Assembly: GCA_963693365.1 (NCBI GenBank)
Contig: CAVNZM010000001.1
Span: forward strand, 3,922,907-3,986,906
Length of the DNA stretch: 64,000 bases
Source of the DNA: Amoebidium appalachense
Lineage: Eukaryota; Protista; Ichthyosporea
Reading direction: 5' to 3'
A program made the position numbers and the translations under genes. Shown here in pieces: positions 1 to 12,908 of the stretch. Numbering within the stretch: the first letter of the stretch is position 1; every line of letters starts with the position of its first letter. The notes beneath the pieces are model-generated. The model saw nothing but the letters and a program-made list of their open reading frames with translations, was not told the origin of the DNA and ran no database searches.

Positions 1-39
1 GGTTTCGAACCCTGCCGCCACACCGCAGTTTGCTTCAAG

Positions 40-440
40 TTGATGATTGGCTGAATGCGCACCAGTTCCTAATTAAGAAGGTATCGAGCTATTTTTGGCA
101 AGTAAAACCAAGTGCTCAGGGTGCGTGCCACATTCCGCCGGTATAAGTCTGAACGCAGCTGCACATCCTTTTGGGCTGCTTGGCCTTTCCAATGTAAAAG
201 CACTAAAATTCATAGTCTTTCTTTAATAAACATCAGCATTGTCGTAATAACGGTTCCTTTTCTTACATTGTATTCTAAAGAATCTGAACATAAAGCCTAC
301 AACAAAGCATAGATCTGAGCCTTGACGTATATAGCGTTGATTGGTCAACTTATAGTATATATCACCCCTTGTTTACTGATTGGCTGTAGCCACCCAACCG
401 GGTACACACTATATTAGATGCTTCTGACGTCATCTATCAT
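40..440 (+). promoter_or_regulatory. Putative promoter of the TPT-family gene (CCAAT boxes plus CRE)
   Basis: GATTGG (reverse CCAAT) at ~45, ~338 and ~378, and TGACGTCA at ~425, upstream of the ATGs at 673/803. Confidence 0.45.
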
Positions 441-802
441 ACATTTCAGCCCAGATTTCTAGTTTTACTTGTTGACAGAGTCTACACTCTGTAGATGGTC
501 ATCCACGACAGTCACTCAGGCACGGTCCGTCGCTGCAGTGCCCCACTGCCCACCGTACCGTTGCCCCTCTGACTAGGACTCTTTGGCAGTAGTGACACTC
601 ATGTTGTGAACTTAAAAGAAATCTTGAAGTGCCACAGCGTATTAGCGCGGCAGGGTAGCGGTGTCAGCATAAATGAGCTCCTTCTCTAGAAAGGGGTCGG
701 TGGGCAAAGAGGAGGCGGACAGCCACACGAGCTACACGGCACTAACGACAAACGAAGACAACACACCCCTTATGAGAGCCGAGGAAGGCCAAGAAATGAA
801 AA

Positions 803-2569
803 ATGGCCGCCCTTCCTGTTCCTGCCATTCACAGTGAGTCCCACAAGACGCGCGAGAAGCTCCTTGCCGTTTTGGCCTGCCTGGGCTGGGCCTGCGTGTC
901 CAGTCTTCTTATTATGCTCAATGCACACATTCTTCGCGCGGAGGGCTTCAACTACCCCATCTTGCTGTGCAGTCTGGGCCAAGGGTTCAGTGGGCTGATG
1001 GCGTTTGTGCTGGTGCGTCTTGGCGTTTACCGCAACAACGTGGTGTTTACACCCGACAGCTATGCACGATCCATCCTGCCCATCGGCCTAGCCAGCGCTG
1101 GCACGCTGGCCCTCGGGAATGCAGGGTACCTCTTCCTGAGTGTGTCGTTTATCCAGATGCTTAAGGTATGTGCTGTTGTATGTGTGTGTGTGTTTATCTG
1201 GCTGTAAATCTGCTTTTTCTTTTTGTCTGCTTCTCACCTCATCTGCTTTTATTCGCGAATAGAAAAGGTTAAGGCACAACATATGATGGTTCTTGTTCGT
1301 GTAGGTGAGGTGAAAGTAAGGGGCTTCTACCAAGCACTTAGCTTGCTATGCTCTCATCACCTTGCTTTGTTGATCTTGTGTTGTGCCCAATGTCACGTGT
1401 GCGCTGCTCATACAAAGGCACATGCACTTGTACAGTGCACGTGACCATGTGCACGAGTGGGCACACAAGCACGCCAAAACCCATATTTCCACACACACAC
1501 GCACACACACAGACAGAGAGAGAGAGAGAGGGACAGACAGACAGACACACACATGCACATGCACAAACATTCAACACTTTCGCGCAGGCCGACATGTTCG
1601 TGCACTCCCATGGGTACGTGTTAATAAACACCCCACGGTGCAGCCATGTCTTGTAAAGTCGTGCAAGCACATACAGCTGATGCTTGTGGGTGCTCCGATC
1701 TACCGTTTGCACATACACTCCTGTGGTATGATTATGAAAGAACGTATATTGGTGCCCCTCCAAAACTTCAAGACCTCTCGTTCTTTTTTCAACAACTCCA
1801 CTTTGGGTTACCGAAGTTGGCCTTTATTCACTTGGTTTAACCTGGGCTGCCAAGCTAATTTTGCTCTTGTTTTTCCTCCCACTTTCCGTTATCCCCTTTA
1901 TTTTACCCATTCGATTACGCCCCCTCCCGCTAATACCACATACACACACAGGCCGGCACACCAGTGATTACGATGCTCGTGATGTTTGCGTTTGGGCTGG
2001 AGACCGCGCGCCGAGATCTGATCAATGCCGTTAACGTCATCACCATCGGCTGTGCTGCAGCCTCGTGGGGTGAGCTTGACTTCAACATTATCGGCTTCAC
2101 TCTGATCATGCTCTCGGAGGTGTGCGAAGCGCTAAAAACGGTGGCCACCCAGAAGCTTCTGGGCACACGCTTTTCGGGCCCCATGGAAGGGCTCTATCAC
2201 ACGTGCCCGGCCACGTTTGTGTGCCTTCTCACCGTGGCCGCATATCACGAACTACCGAGGTTTTTGGAGGAGGATGGAGCGGCGCCAGTGTTGGCGAAAC
2301 CCCACCTGTTTGTTCTTGCCGGCTCACTGGGGTTCATTGTCAACCTGCTGACTATGGAAGTAATCAAGCGCACCAACTCGCTGACATTCAAGATTGTCGG
2401 CCAGGGCAAAAATGTTGCCGTGGTGTGCCTGGGTGTTGCGTTGCTAGGCAACCAGATTACGGGGCTGCAGATGGGCGCGTATGCAATTTCCATAGCGGGA
2501 TTTTTTATGTATCAGAAGGCCATGGAAAACAAGAACAAGGCAAATGCAGCCGCCAGAGGCGCAAAGTGA
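803..2569 (+). CDS. Triose-phosphate/nucleotide-sugar transporter family (TPT/SLC35-like) membrane protein, 2 exons
   Basis: Exon 803-1165 (..GNAGYLFLSVSFIQMLK|gtatgt) joins in frame to exon 1952-2569 (cacacag|AGTPVITML..). Motifs LSVSFIQMLKA.TPV, GELDFNIIGF and VIKRTNSLTFKIVGQGKN are typical of the family. The true start may be ATG 673 (see findings). Confidence 0.88.
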
Positions 2570-3191
2570 AGGTGGGAACGGGAAGAGGGGGAGAGGGGGG
2601 GGGGGGGGGGGGGGGAGGGGGGGGGAGGGGGAGGGATAAGGTGTACGTATGACCAAAGCGCTCACGGGCAGTCATGTAGCAATAGAAGGAGAGGGACAGA
2701 CTGTTTGCAGCCTTCTGGTGGTTTTCAACCTTGCAAGGGTTTAGAGAGACAGACATGGTGGTTGTATTTTTGGATATGTGTCTCTCTGAATGCAGCACGG
2801 TAGGAAATATGTATAAAATATGTACATAGTTGTGTGTTTGCTGCGTCGATGGATGGTATATAGATGGACCTGGTAGCCCCTTGCCATAGTATCACATGGG
2901 AAAAATCTAGATCCGTTAGGAGTATATTACTCTATTAGAACTTAACTGTGCTGTGTGGGGCATCATTTTGAATACAACAGAGGTTTCTATCCGATCCCAT
3001 CGGGCGTCCAATCGTTTCTAGTGTGTGGGCACTGAAATGCCATTGCGGTGCAGCAAAACGCCCCTCCCCTTGCCCCCACACTCCCTACCAATGTTTTTAT
3101 GCTCAATTCCCTGCATCTGTCACGGAAGTGCGTGTGTCACCACATTCACACCAGGTCACGCAGGCAGTCCATCCTCCCCTCCCCCTAGCCC

Positions 3192-3224
<33 letters not shown>

Positions 3225-3606
3225 CCTTCTTGGTATACACTCAGGCACATATGAAACACCCACACACACGGCAACCCACCCTGAGAGTTCAGAGTCCGAT
3301 TATAATATTTCTGACTGTTATTGTTCGGATGTCACTCGCTAGTCAAGGGGAATACTCTGGCTCGCCTTCCACGAACACCAGTACCTTGCAAACACCGTTT
3401 TGCTTGTGGCACACGCTGAAACTTAAACAAACACAAACACTCACCCGCCGAGAGTTTTAAAAAGATTCTCCCCCCCCCCCCCCCCCCCCCCCCCCCCCTG
3501 CCCCTATCCCCCCCTCCCCCCCCCCCAAAAAAACACACCGTATAGGCACGCACACATGTACATGCCCACTTGAGTCCACACACACACAGTCACCGTGATG
3601 ATGCAC

Positions 3607-4070
3607 AGGGGTCAACCACACGAGCTGAATTATTCTGCTGGTAGCAGCGTAATTCTTCTGGTAGCGGCGTAATTCTGCTGGTAGCAGCGTAATTCTGCTT
3701 TGAGGGCACTAAATTCTGCTTCGAACAATAATTCAACTTGATGGTCGGTCTTGTCGCCATCATCAAAAATGCTCACGTGCCTAGGAAAAGCCTCTTCCGC
3801 ATTCCATTTGTTATGATTGGCAGTAAGCGCATCAGCAGTAGATCAAAAACGTATTGATTGGCTTAGAACGCTTCACGTGATGCCAAAACGTAGCGCACGG
3901 TGCGCTACATTCATATGCATGGGAACGGAATTCCGTCGAACGCGTGGCTCTTGCGTCTAAAATTCTGCCCCAAGCACCAGCTGAGTAATTCTGCTGGTAG
4001 TAGCGTAATTCTGCTACCAGCGGAATAATTCTGCTACAGCAGAATAATTCAGCTCGTGTGGTTGACCCCT
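3607..4070. mobile_element. Non-autonomous DNA transposon (MITE), probably hAT-derived
   Basis: Perfect 34-bp terminal inverted repeats (aggggtcaaccacacgagctgaattattctgctg at 3607-3640, reverse complement at 4037-4070). Multiple subterminal AATTCTGCTGGTAGCAGCGT-type repeats at both ends. Termini read (C/T)AGGGG. Flanks tgatgcac/atatgcac form an imperfect 8-bp TSD. No ORF. Confidence 0.85.
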
Positions 4071-4737
4071 ATATGCACACGCACACATGTACACACACAC
4101 ACACGCACGCACACACATAGGCACCGTGCGCACACCACAAGCATATGCACACATAGATACATGTCCTTATGTGCCCTTCACAGGCTCAGAGAAACACACA
4201 TCGGCGCCCGCACACTGTTACACACACACACACACAGTCACAACACCAACACACACAGGAGCCCTGAATACGAACGCACATGTGTGCGCGCACCCACACA
4301 GTGTCACGCCCACGCTCACGTTCACGCACACAAGCAGGCGCGCGCATGTGTGGGAGAGGGAGGGGAGGATGATGTGAGGCCGAGGGAAGCAACCATTCTT
4401 TGCAAGCGGACTCGATCTGTTGATGCTGTGGTTGTTTGGGGGAGGGGGGGAGGGGGGGGGGGGAGGGGGGGGGAGGGGGGGCACAGCCCTGCAGACGAAC
4501 AAACACTGGTGGCACGTGACACACATTTATTGTATATACACGCGCACGCGCACACACACAGTGCGCCCTTTTAACCCATTTCAGAAACTCTATTTATTTT
4601 ATTAGCGGCTGCATGTTTATCATGATATCTGTGCAGGGCCGGGACTAGGAGTCTCTAAACCTGTAGCGGGCCTCACTCTCTCTCATCGGTGACAGTGGTG
4701 TGTGTGTGTCGTATGTGTGCACACGTGGGTGTGTGTG

Positions 4738-4777
<40 letters not shown>

Positions 4778-5405
4778 CTATCATATGCATATGCATTCAG
4801 ACATCGTGCTTTTTGTTTGTTTTTTGCACACGTGCACAGTGCTCAAGCCGGATCGATGGCTTTCAACGCCTGGCTGGAACACACCGTCCAGAGTCTATGT
4901 GTAGAGGGATCGACTCCATGCGATGTACCCCCATTCACGGTACGTGCATCTGAGATACCACTGGGTATGTCCCGGGCCTGCTGCAATGTCTGTGTGTGTA
5001 CAGCCTATGTATGTGAACAGAAATGGTGCAAGGATTTATTTGAAAAGGTTTTGTCGAACCGTGTGCTGTCTTCGAAGTCCGAGGCAACGGGTCATTATGA
5101 ATTCGAAGTCACACTGTGACGCAAATCATGTCTGGCTCGCATTTTTTGCTTATAAGGGTAAAACTGTAAAAAGTCGAACTAATGAATATGTATGTACATT
5201 TACATGACATTGTGCTAGCCTGCGTATTATGCAGCTGCAGCACGGCAATGTCTTTTACAATCCTTTGCAAAGCTTGGATTCATCAACAATCCATACCAGA
5301 AATCAACAAATCTTCCTTCTCTCATACCTGTTGAGAAATGTACATAAAAAACGGAACTACTGAAGTTCAGGCTCCTAGTTCTATTTATTTTATAAGTACA
5401 GCCAC

Positions 5406-6041
5406 CTAGTGAGCCTGAGACATTGTCTTGTTGAAAGCAGCCTTGCACTCAGTCACAACCTTCTCAGTGAAACGCTTGGGCCACTGAATAGCACACCGGG
5501 CGTACTCCTTTGCAGGTGGGCCGCTAAGACAGGGGGAGCGGTAGCCGGGGGCAGCGGCCATAGGGGTGAAGGGTGCTGTGAGCTCCCCATCCGTGCGGGT
5601 AAGGTCGGCTGTCTTGCCGTCGAATGAGAGCTTGAACTGGGCCTGTAGGAGAGTGTTAGTTGTATATGCCGCAACGGGTTGGATTGACTTAGGCCTCCTT
5701 ACTCTTTCATATAGTATTATAGCCTCAGTGAAGGTAAGCTGTGTGTTGTTTTGACTACGTGCTTTGCTACGGACAATCCATGAGTCTTGTAGTTGTGTAT
5801 GTTGCAATAGTGCTTAGTGGTGGTGGGGGGGAGGGGGGAGGGGGGGAGGGTAGGAGGGGGGTCACAGGTACGGTGGATGGGGTAGGGTAACTGAAAGAGC
5901 GGAAGGCCCGGGTGGGTGATAGCGGGGATGGGAGGGAGTGCCGTTTACGGGGAGTTCGAGAAGGGAACATGAGCACAAAATTTGAGGGAGGAGCTTTTAC
6001 ACATGGATAGATATGACCCCCCCACATCCTTCCCCCCCCCC

Positions 6042-6072
<31 letters not shown>

Positions 6073-6520
6073 AGCCTCTCCGTTGGACCCCCCCCCCTCC
6101 CCCCCCCCCCCCATACTAAATGCCCCGCCCCCATACTAAATGCCCAAAGGGGAAGAAGCACTCACGGAGTAGCCGAAGTTGTTGGAGGGGGCATCAGCAG
6201 CGGTCCAGTTCTTCTTGTTGAGCGCGTGGTAGATGAGGAAGAGCCCGTGCGTGAAGATGCTGACGGTGATGTGCTCCCTGGGGGGTGGATATGCCTGTTA
6301 GCAATTGACTGAGTGCACCTGTAGAAGCCTAGCACCCTTGCCGAATACTAGGGCTATGAATGACTAATTGTTTGTTTGACTTTACCGTTATGATTGCAGG
6401 GCTCATCCTTTTTCTTAACTTGGGGCAGAGCACTTCGACAAACTTTTAGTACCAACTAACACAAACAGTTTGTGGTTCACAGTCACTGAATTTTCCTCCA
6501 CAGCTGCATGGGCGGGTTTC

Positions 6521-6573
<53 letters not shown>

Positions 6574-7307
6574 GAGGGGGGGGGGCGGGAAGGGGGGGGG
6601 GGGAGCAGTCGGAATATTATCTATGATCGTCACGACACTGTTGCACCCACCTCTTTGCTACCTTGCCAGTGACCTCAGCAGGCACATCCTTGCCCGTCAG
6701 TGTGCCAGCCAGCCAGCCAAGGAACTTGGTCATGCTGGGCTCAGCACAGCGCAGGTTTGTGGTGCTGCTCATGTCCTTCTCTTTGCACGATTTGTCACCC
6801 CACTTGCTCACATACTTGAAGTTAAGGCGGGACGGATTAGTGCCGGCGGCTTTGAGGACCTTCTTCTGCTTGCTTATGGCCCGAGGCATGTTGTACGTGA
6901 TGTTGTTGATGTACTCCCTCACATAGGGGACTTGATAGACCTGCATGTTAAACGGGGTGAGCCTGATATCAGATGGGGCACATATTGTGCTGTCTGTAGC
7001 CTAAATTTGTAACAGCAACACCGGAAACCGTTAAAAATACTGTGTTTGGAATGCCTTGCAGGTCAACCAAAGACTGCACAATAGTCATTTAGTCGGATAC
7101 ACACTGGTCATTTAGTCGGATCCTCGAGCACAAAACAATCGCAAGTGCATGTTATGGCACCGATAATAGCAAAGACAAAGCTCTTTATAACTGATCATCG
7201 TGCAACGGGCTCAGCTGATTCGACCTGCACATGATTACACTAGGAGCTAGCTAGCATTAAGAATCTAATTTCCGTTATAATCAACATAGCAAGGGTGAAT
7301 ACTGCAT

Positions 7308-7344
<37 letters not shown>

Positions 7345-7709
7345 GTCTTCTTGGGGAAGGTCACAAGCGCCGTTTCCGAGGTGCGCAGCAGAGCAGATGT
7401 CAAGACCAGGTCAGGGTACCGGTTACCAAGGGACGCACTGGCCATGGCTAGCAGCCTTGATGCATTGGCAGTGCCAACCAGACCAGAGTCAGTCATGATG
7501 GGGTCTGTAATATCGCTGGCACCGGGCCCAAGCTTGCCCCCACACATTCCCCAGCATGACTGGTAGACGTTGCCGCACGAAAAGCCGTGGCGAATGAACT
7601 GAAGCGTGACATCAAGCGACCACTTGGACTTGCTGTCGTATCCCTTGGTGGTGGCTGAAAGGGCGGGCAAGGAGAGGGCGAACAGGGTGAAGATGGTCTT
7701 GGGGTTCAT
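5406..7709 (-). CDS. Secreted histidine phosphatase superfamily (phosphoglycerate-mutase-like) protein, 4 exons, ~334 aa
   Basis: Exons 7709-7344, 6940-6651, 6277-6166 and 5642-5406 join in frame via GT-AG introns. N-terminal signal peptide MNPKTIFTLFALSLPALS, catalytic FIRHG motif, LTSALLRTSETA motif, and second His motif SIFTHG. Confidence 0.85.
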
Positions 7710-8034
7710 TTTCGCCTATACTTCGGAAGCAGCTGAGTTGATGTAGTAAGTTTTACACGGCCATATCAGTCGACCAGAAGCTACAGAACCCTGATATCCA
7801 ACACGTCGATTGCAAACGTTATTCCAGATGTACAAGGCGGCCCTGCGCATGCAGGAATAAGAATTGGTAAAGAAGTGCCCGTACGAGTGCCATTATGGGT
7901 GTTTTATAGAAATAGGCTGTGTATGGCGAGCAGCTGCCCATTCACAGGCAGGTGTGTTACGTACACCAGTTGATCAACACATGGCAGTCCGAAGCTCCGT
8001 GCTGGCGGAGGCTGATCCGTGCCAGCACCCCGCG

Positions 8035-8195
8035 ATTTGATTGGGCAGCAGACAAGATCTATTGGAATTCTATTAAGTAGTATTGGTCGATTTGATTGGT
8101 CAGCGCGCCGAAGCAGTCACTCCGGTGCCTCTCCTGGCAAGTACAGTGGCAACGTCACTGGCCTTCTGAAGCGGCTCTTGTTTTGAGCAAAAGGC

Positions 8196-8226
<31 letters not shown>

Positions 8227-8388
8227 CATATACATATATAAGGAGTTCTTCAGTGTGGACGAGAGGGCCGGAGAGGCACCCGGCTTTCTCTGCCACTTGC
8301 CCAGCCGCGTGTTTGCACCGCGTAATTTGATTGGGTAACAGATGAGATCTATTCAATTCTATTCAATGCTGTTGATCGATTTCATTGG
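8035..8388. repeat. Imperfect ~65-bp direct repeat carrying CCAAT boxes (copies 8035-8099 and 8325-8388)
   Basis: atttgattgggcagcagacaagatctattggaattctattaag..gatttgattgg versus atttgattgggtaacagatgagatctattcaattctattcaa..gatttcattgg. Lies upstream of the phosphatase gene. Confidence 0.7.
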
Positions 8389-8654
8389 CTCGCAGGAATG
8401 GCGTGCCAAAGGGGAGTCGTGCGCAACTGGCAAGCCAACTCACACTTAGCCAAGTACGAAGTACCCAGCCTTCAAGGCTTCACCCGGCCCCCTCGTACGC
8501 GTACTGTAGTAGTCATCATCACGCCACGCCATGTCATCTGTACATGTACAGCAGGTCACTAGGACGTGTTCTTTCTTCTCAGGCTGCACATACATGGCGT
8601 GAAGTCCCCGTGCACAGATGTGCAAAGGACTTTCTCAAGTTGGCGCCTGGCTGG

Positions 8655-8708
<54 letters not shown>

Positions 8709-8992
8709 TGGAGGGGGGAGGGGAAGGGGGAGGGGAAGGGGGGAGGGGAAGGGGGAGGGGAAGGGGGGGAGGGGGGGGGAACGGGGGAAGTGAGTAGGAT
8801 GTAGCTCAGAAAATATCCAAAACCCACATCAAGTTGGTAGTCTCCTTCGAATCAAGGCTCCCCCGTTGCCCTTGCTCAACTTCGGCCCGAGGCTACCTGC
8901 TTGGGTGAGATTGCCAGTGGTCCGCCTCCCAGTGGAGTTGTTTGGTGTCCTGGCTCCGCCTTTCCCCCGGCCCCCGCCCCCCGCCCCTACCT

Positions 8993-9030
<38 letters not shown>

Positions 9031-10185
9031 CCGCGTTTCCCCGGGCCCCTCATCAGCCTGGGTGGATCCCCCCACCCTCCCACCCCCAACGTTCACACGC
9101 ACATGCAGACAGGCACGTACACACGCACACACGCCCGCCCGCCCGCCCGCCCGCCCGCCCACCCGGCCCACCCACCCACTGCCAAACTTGACCATGCACT
9201 GCAGCTGAGTGAAATGCCTCGAATGACAATGACTGCTTGCGCAATTGCTGGACCATGACTTGAGATCTGGCTGCATGCCACTGTGTTACAATGTTTTGAA
9301 ACTCATGCATATGGTGACCAACAATATGTATCTGATTAGCGAAAAGTTTGCATGTATGTGGTGTGTGACTCTATGCGTTGCTCACACCCTTGCGTGCGTA
9401 AGGGTGTGTGTGTGTTTGTGTCTGACGTATTCACACGTTTGTGTGTGTGTGCGCACACATGTGCACGTGTGTTGTGTGTGCGTGATCACAAGTGCTTGCA
9501 CTTGCAAGCACTTGCAACATGTGTGTGTGTGTGTACGTGTACATGTGTGTGTGTGTGCGCGCGCACCCGCGAGATTGTACACACATGCATGGAGAGATCT
9601 AGATCGAGAAATTCTGACATGCATAAGCCTCACCAGAGAACTCGAGAAAGCATAGACCTGGGGCGCCGGGGGTTGCGGAGGAGGGTGGTCAACACAAGAG
9701 GCAAATCATCATGCGGAATGCACCGTGTTTATTTCCGTATTTGTCCACGTCAGGTTGGGCACACACCGTTTCAAGTAAATCTGCACTACTAATGCATGTC
9801 GGCACAGCCGCCAAGGCCAATAGTTTTGCGCGGTGGCACCTACCCCCCGCTCATATTAACGAACAAGGTCACGTTTTGGCACCCCACCAGGGCGTGCGAT
9901 AGGCTGAAAGTCACGTACCTGGTAATCTACAAAGCTGCTAAATACCTGTATATCGCGTTATGTCTTGGGATACACACTCTCTAAAGCAAAATACAAACTA
10001 TATAATGAGAATTTTCTCAATAAGCTAATGCTGAAAGTACCTGCCGCCAATCAAATGAGCAAGAACTACAAGCGGATAACTGTCAAATGATGCAAATAAC
10101 TGCCAAATCATGCAATTTGATTTAGCGCCGGCCACAGGCCCAAGCGCCGTTTCTTCTCATCTGCCCGAGACTCCTCCCGGGTAAC

Positions 10186-10299
10186 TTAGTGCTTAGTCAG
10201 CATGTCGATAATCTGGGGGGAGAAAGGGTGCCTGTTAGTGGCTGGATGAAATTTCTTGTACTCTACACGTGTGCTGGCTGGAGCGGGCAGGCGGGGGAA

Positions 10300-10336
<37 letters not shown>

Positions 10337-10567
10337 GTTTGCGTGTTGCGTGCATGTGTTCAAGTATATATGTGATGTTCCAAGCAACTAGTTTACACAC
10401 ATGCACCACATATCTGCTCATACACGCACCTGGTCCCTCTGTGCTGGCTGCAGGGTCTGGGCCAGTCTCAGGATTGCATCCACAGCAACGTCAGAGTGCG
10501 CCTGCCCAATGGCCTCGATCAACCCGAGCTGGTGCGCACGGCGCACGGACGCCACCTGCCTCTCAAG

Positions 10568-10632
<65 letters not shown>

Positions 10633-12408
10633 AGGGAGGGCGGGCGGGGGGGGGGGGGGGGGGGGGGGGGTAAGTGTTCTTCCTTCAGAAAACCACACCA
10701 ATAAGATAAATACATCATTTGGTGATGGTGGTAGTGGTGGTGGTGGTGGTGGTGGTGGTGGTGGGTGTCTTTGGGGAGAGGGGAGAGGGGAGAGGGGGGG
10801 GGGGGGGGGGGGGGGGGGGGATGATGGTCAAAAGTAAATCTCCTGAAATGCGTGTGGTAGTGCGTGTGTGTGTGTGTGCGCGCGCGTGTGTGCGTGTGTG
10901 TGTTGGGGGTCTAGACCAAACTATTCATTTGTGGTATGTGTATGTGTCCAGGGGTGCAGGGGCACGTACATCCTCCCTGTGGGCATCCAGCCACTGCACC
11001 ACGGCCTTGTTGTCCTCGAACTTACTGCTCAGCTGCGTCTCAAGCAGCCAGCGACGCACCATCGCCGTGGCCTGATACCCGTCTAATCAGAATTCAGAAC
11101 AATACATATTGGGCAAAAACCAAGGGGTACATTGGACTGCCGCCGCAGGAAAAAGACTGAATGAAGAGGTGAAGCACCACCGAAAAAATAATTCGGGTGT
11201 GGTGTGGTGTGGTGTGGTGTGATGTGATGCACAACCCAGCTTCACACGTGGGTGTATTCACGGCCCTATGACAGCACTACCCAACTACCTTCCGATAACC
11301 TAGGGCCTCGCTTTCTCGCATGCTTACTACCTATCTGCATGCCTTAACACCCACATGTACATATGCAAACACCCACATGTACATATGCCCCTCCATCTGC
11401 AAACACGTGTGCCCATGTTCATTATACGTACCTCTGCGAAGGTGACCTTGGGGTCAGCCTCCATGATGTCCCGGACCAGGCCGGTCTCGATCAGGCGGCG
11501 GCGCAGGGCGCCAGTAGAGGAACTCACGGCTGGTCTGCCACTCGAGAATCTCAGAGATGCAGCTGGAAGGTTCGAGAGTCAGTGGCCATGCGGCTACAAA
11601 GATAGAAGGGAAGGGTGAAGTGCTCGTGCTGTGTGGGCCAGCCATATGCAACCACACACTGATTAAAAACACACACGATGATCGGTCTGCTGCACGAAAG
11701 AATGGAAATGTGCAAATAGACAAAGAGGTTGCGATTAGAAAGAAATGGGATAAGAAAGAGAACTAAACATCCGAAGGACTCCTATGTATGTGTGTGCGTG
11801 TTCAGAATGTGGTCCAATCAGACAAGTAGGGATGGGCATTAGCACACATACCCCTTCTCCTTCATGCGGCCGGCCTTGTCGTGCAGGTCAGCAAACTGCA
11901 CGGCCACCTGGTGGTACATGGGCAGCAGGTCCTTCTCCCTCTTGCGCATCTGCCGGTCGATCTCCTTGATCTCCCCATCCACACTGCTGGATGCCCCCAG
12001 ACCACCGGCCTCCTCCTCCTTCTTCTTCCTCTCAACCGCCGCTGCACGTGCCTGCACCAGCCCCTTGTATGTCGGGTCGATCCGGGTCATGACCTTAAGC
12101 TGGTCGGGCTTGCGGAACTTGATCTCGACTGTTCCCTCCGGTTCTAGAACACCGCCACGTGACTCGGTGTCTGCGTACATCTCCATCATATCCGGGTTGA
12201 TGGACGGGTCAACCACCACCCAGGCACCACCACGGAGCTCACCGTTGGGCGGCAGGTAGATCATCGCGGGCTGCTTGTATTCCTGTGGGGGGAAAGGGGT
12301 TAGAATATGCTAGAAAGGTGGGTGGGAGGAGGTGGCGGTTGATCCAAAGGGAAAAGAAGGGAGAGGGATGTTAGATTGGAGGCGAGGGGAGAGGTGAGTG
12401 GAGAGGAT

Positions 12409-12461
<53 letters not shown>

Positions 12462-12866
12462 TCACGTACGCGGAGAGCGTCGACAATGTAGGCACCGTAC
12501 TTGAGGATCTCATCGAACATGTCGCGCATGCCGCCAGAGAACCCACGCCAGTTGGCAAAGACCAGCAGGGGCAGCTGCTCGTTGTTGAAGTCCTTCATGG
12601 CCTGCGCCGTCTTGAACGCACTGTCGGGGAACCACACCTGCCCGGCCTGCTGCAGGAGGCGGGCCTCGGTGTCCGGGTTGGCGGGGTCGGCCGGCTGCAT
12701 GACCTCAACGGTGCGTGTTTCCACGGAGACAACACCCACGGGGATACCGCCGAGGCGGGCACGACCAGTAACAACGGTGTTGGCCCAGCCACCCTGTGTC
12801 GGGAAGAATGGGAGAGGTGGTGATTTTGGTGTTATTTTTTATTTTTTATTTATTTATTTATTTATT

Positions 12867-12908
<42 letters not shown>

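Noticed and set aside
1-30. ggtttcgaaccctgccgcc resembles a tRNA T-arm/3' end
   Set aside because: There is an extra T in the T-loop word and the rest would lie outside the window, so no cloverleaf can be verified.
3630-3720. Short regularly repeated units resembling a CRISPR array
   Set aside because: The units are tandem without unique spacers, lie inside MITE TIRs, have no cas genes nearby, and the context is eukaryotic.
6385-6503. Apparent extra exon in the phosphatase gene
   Set aside because: All three minus frames contain stops, and exons 6940-6651 and 6277-6166 already join in phase.
7084-7121. gtcatttagtcggat direct repeat in phosphatase intron 1
   Set aside because: Two copies only, consistent with a local slippage duplication, with no further structure.
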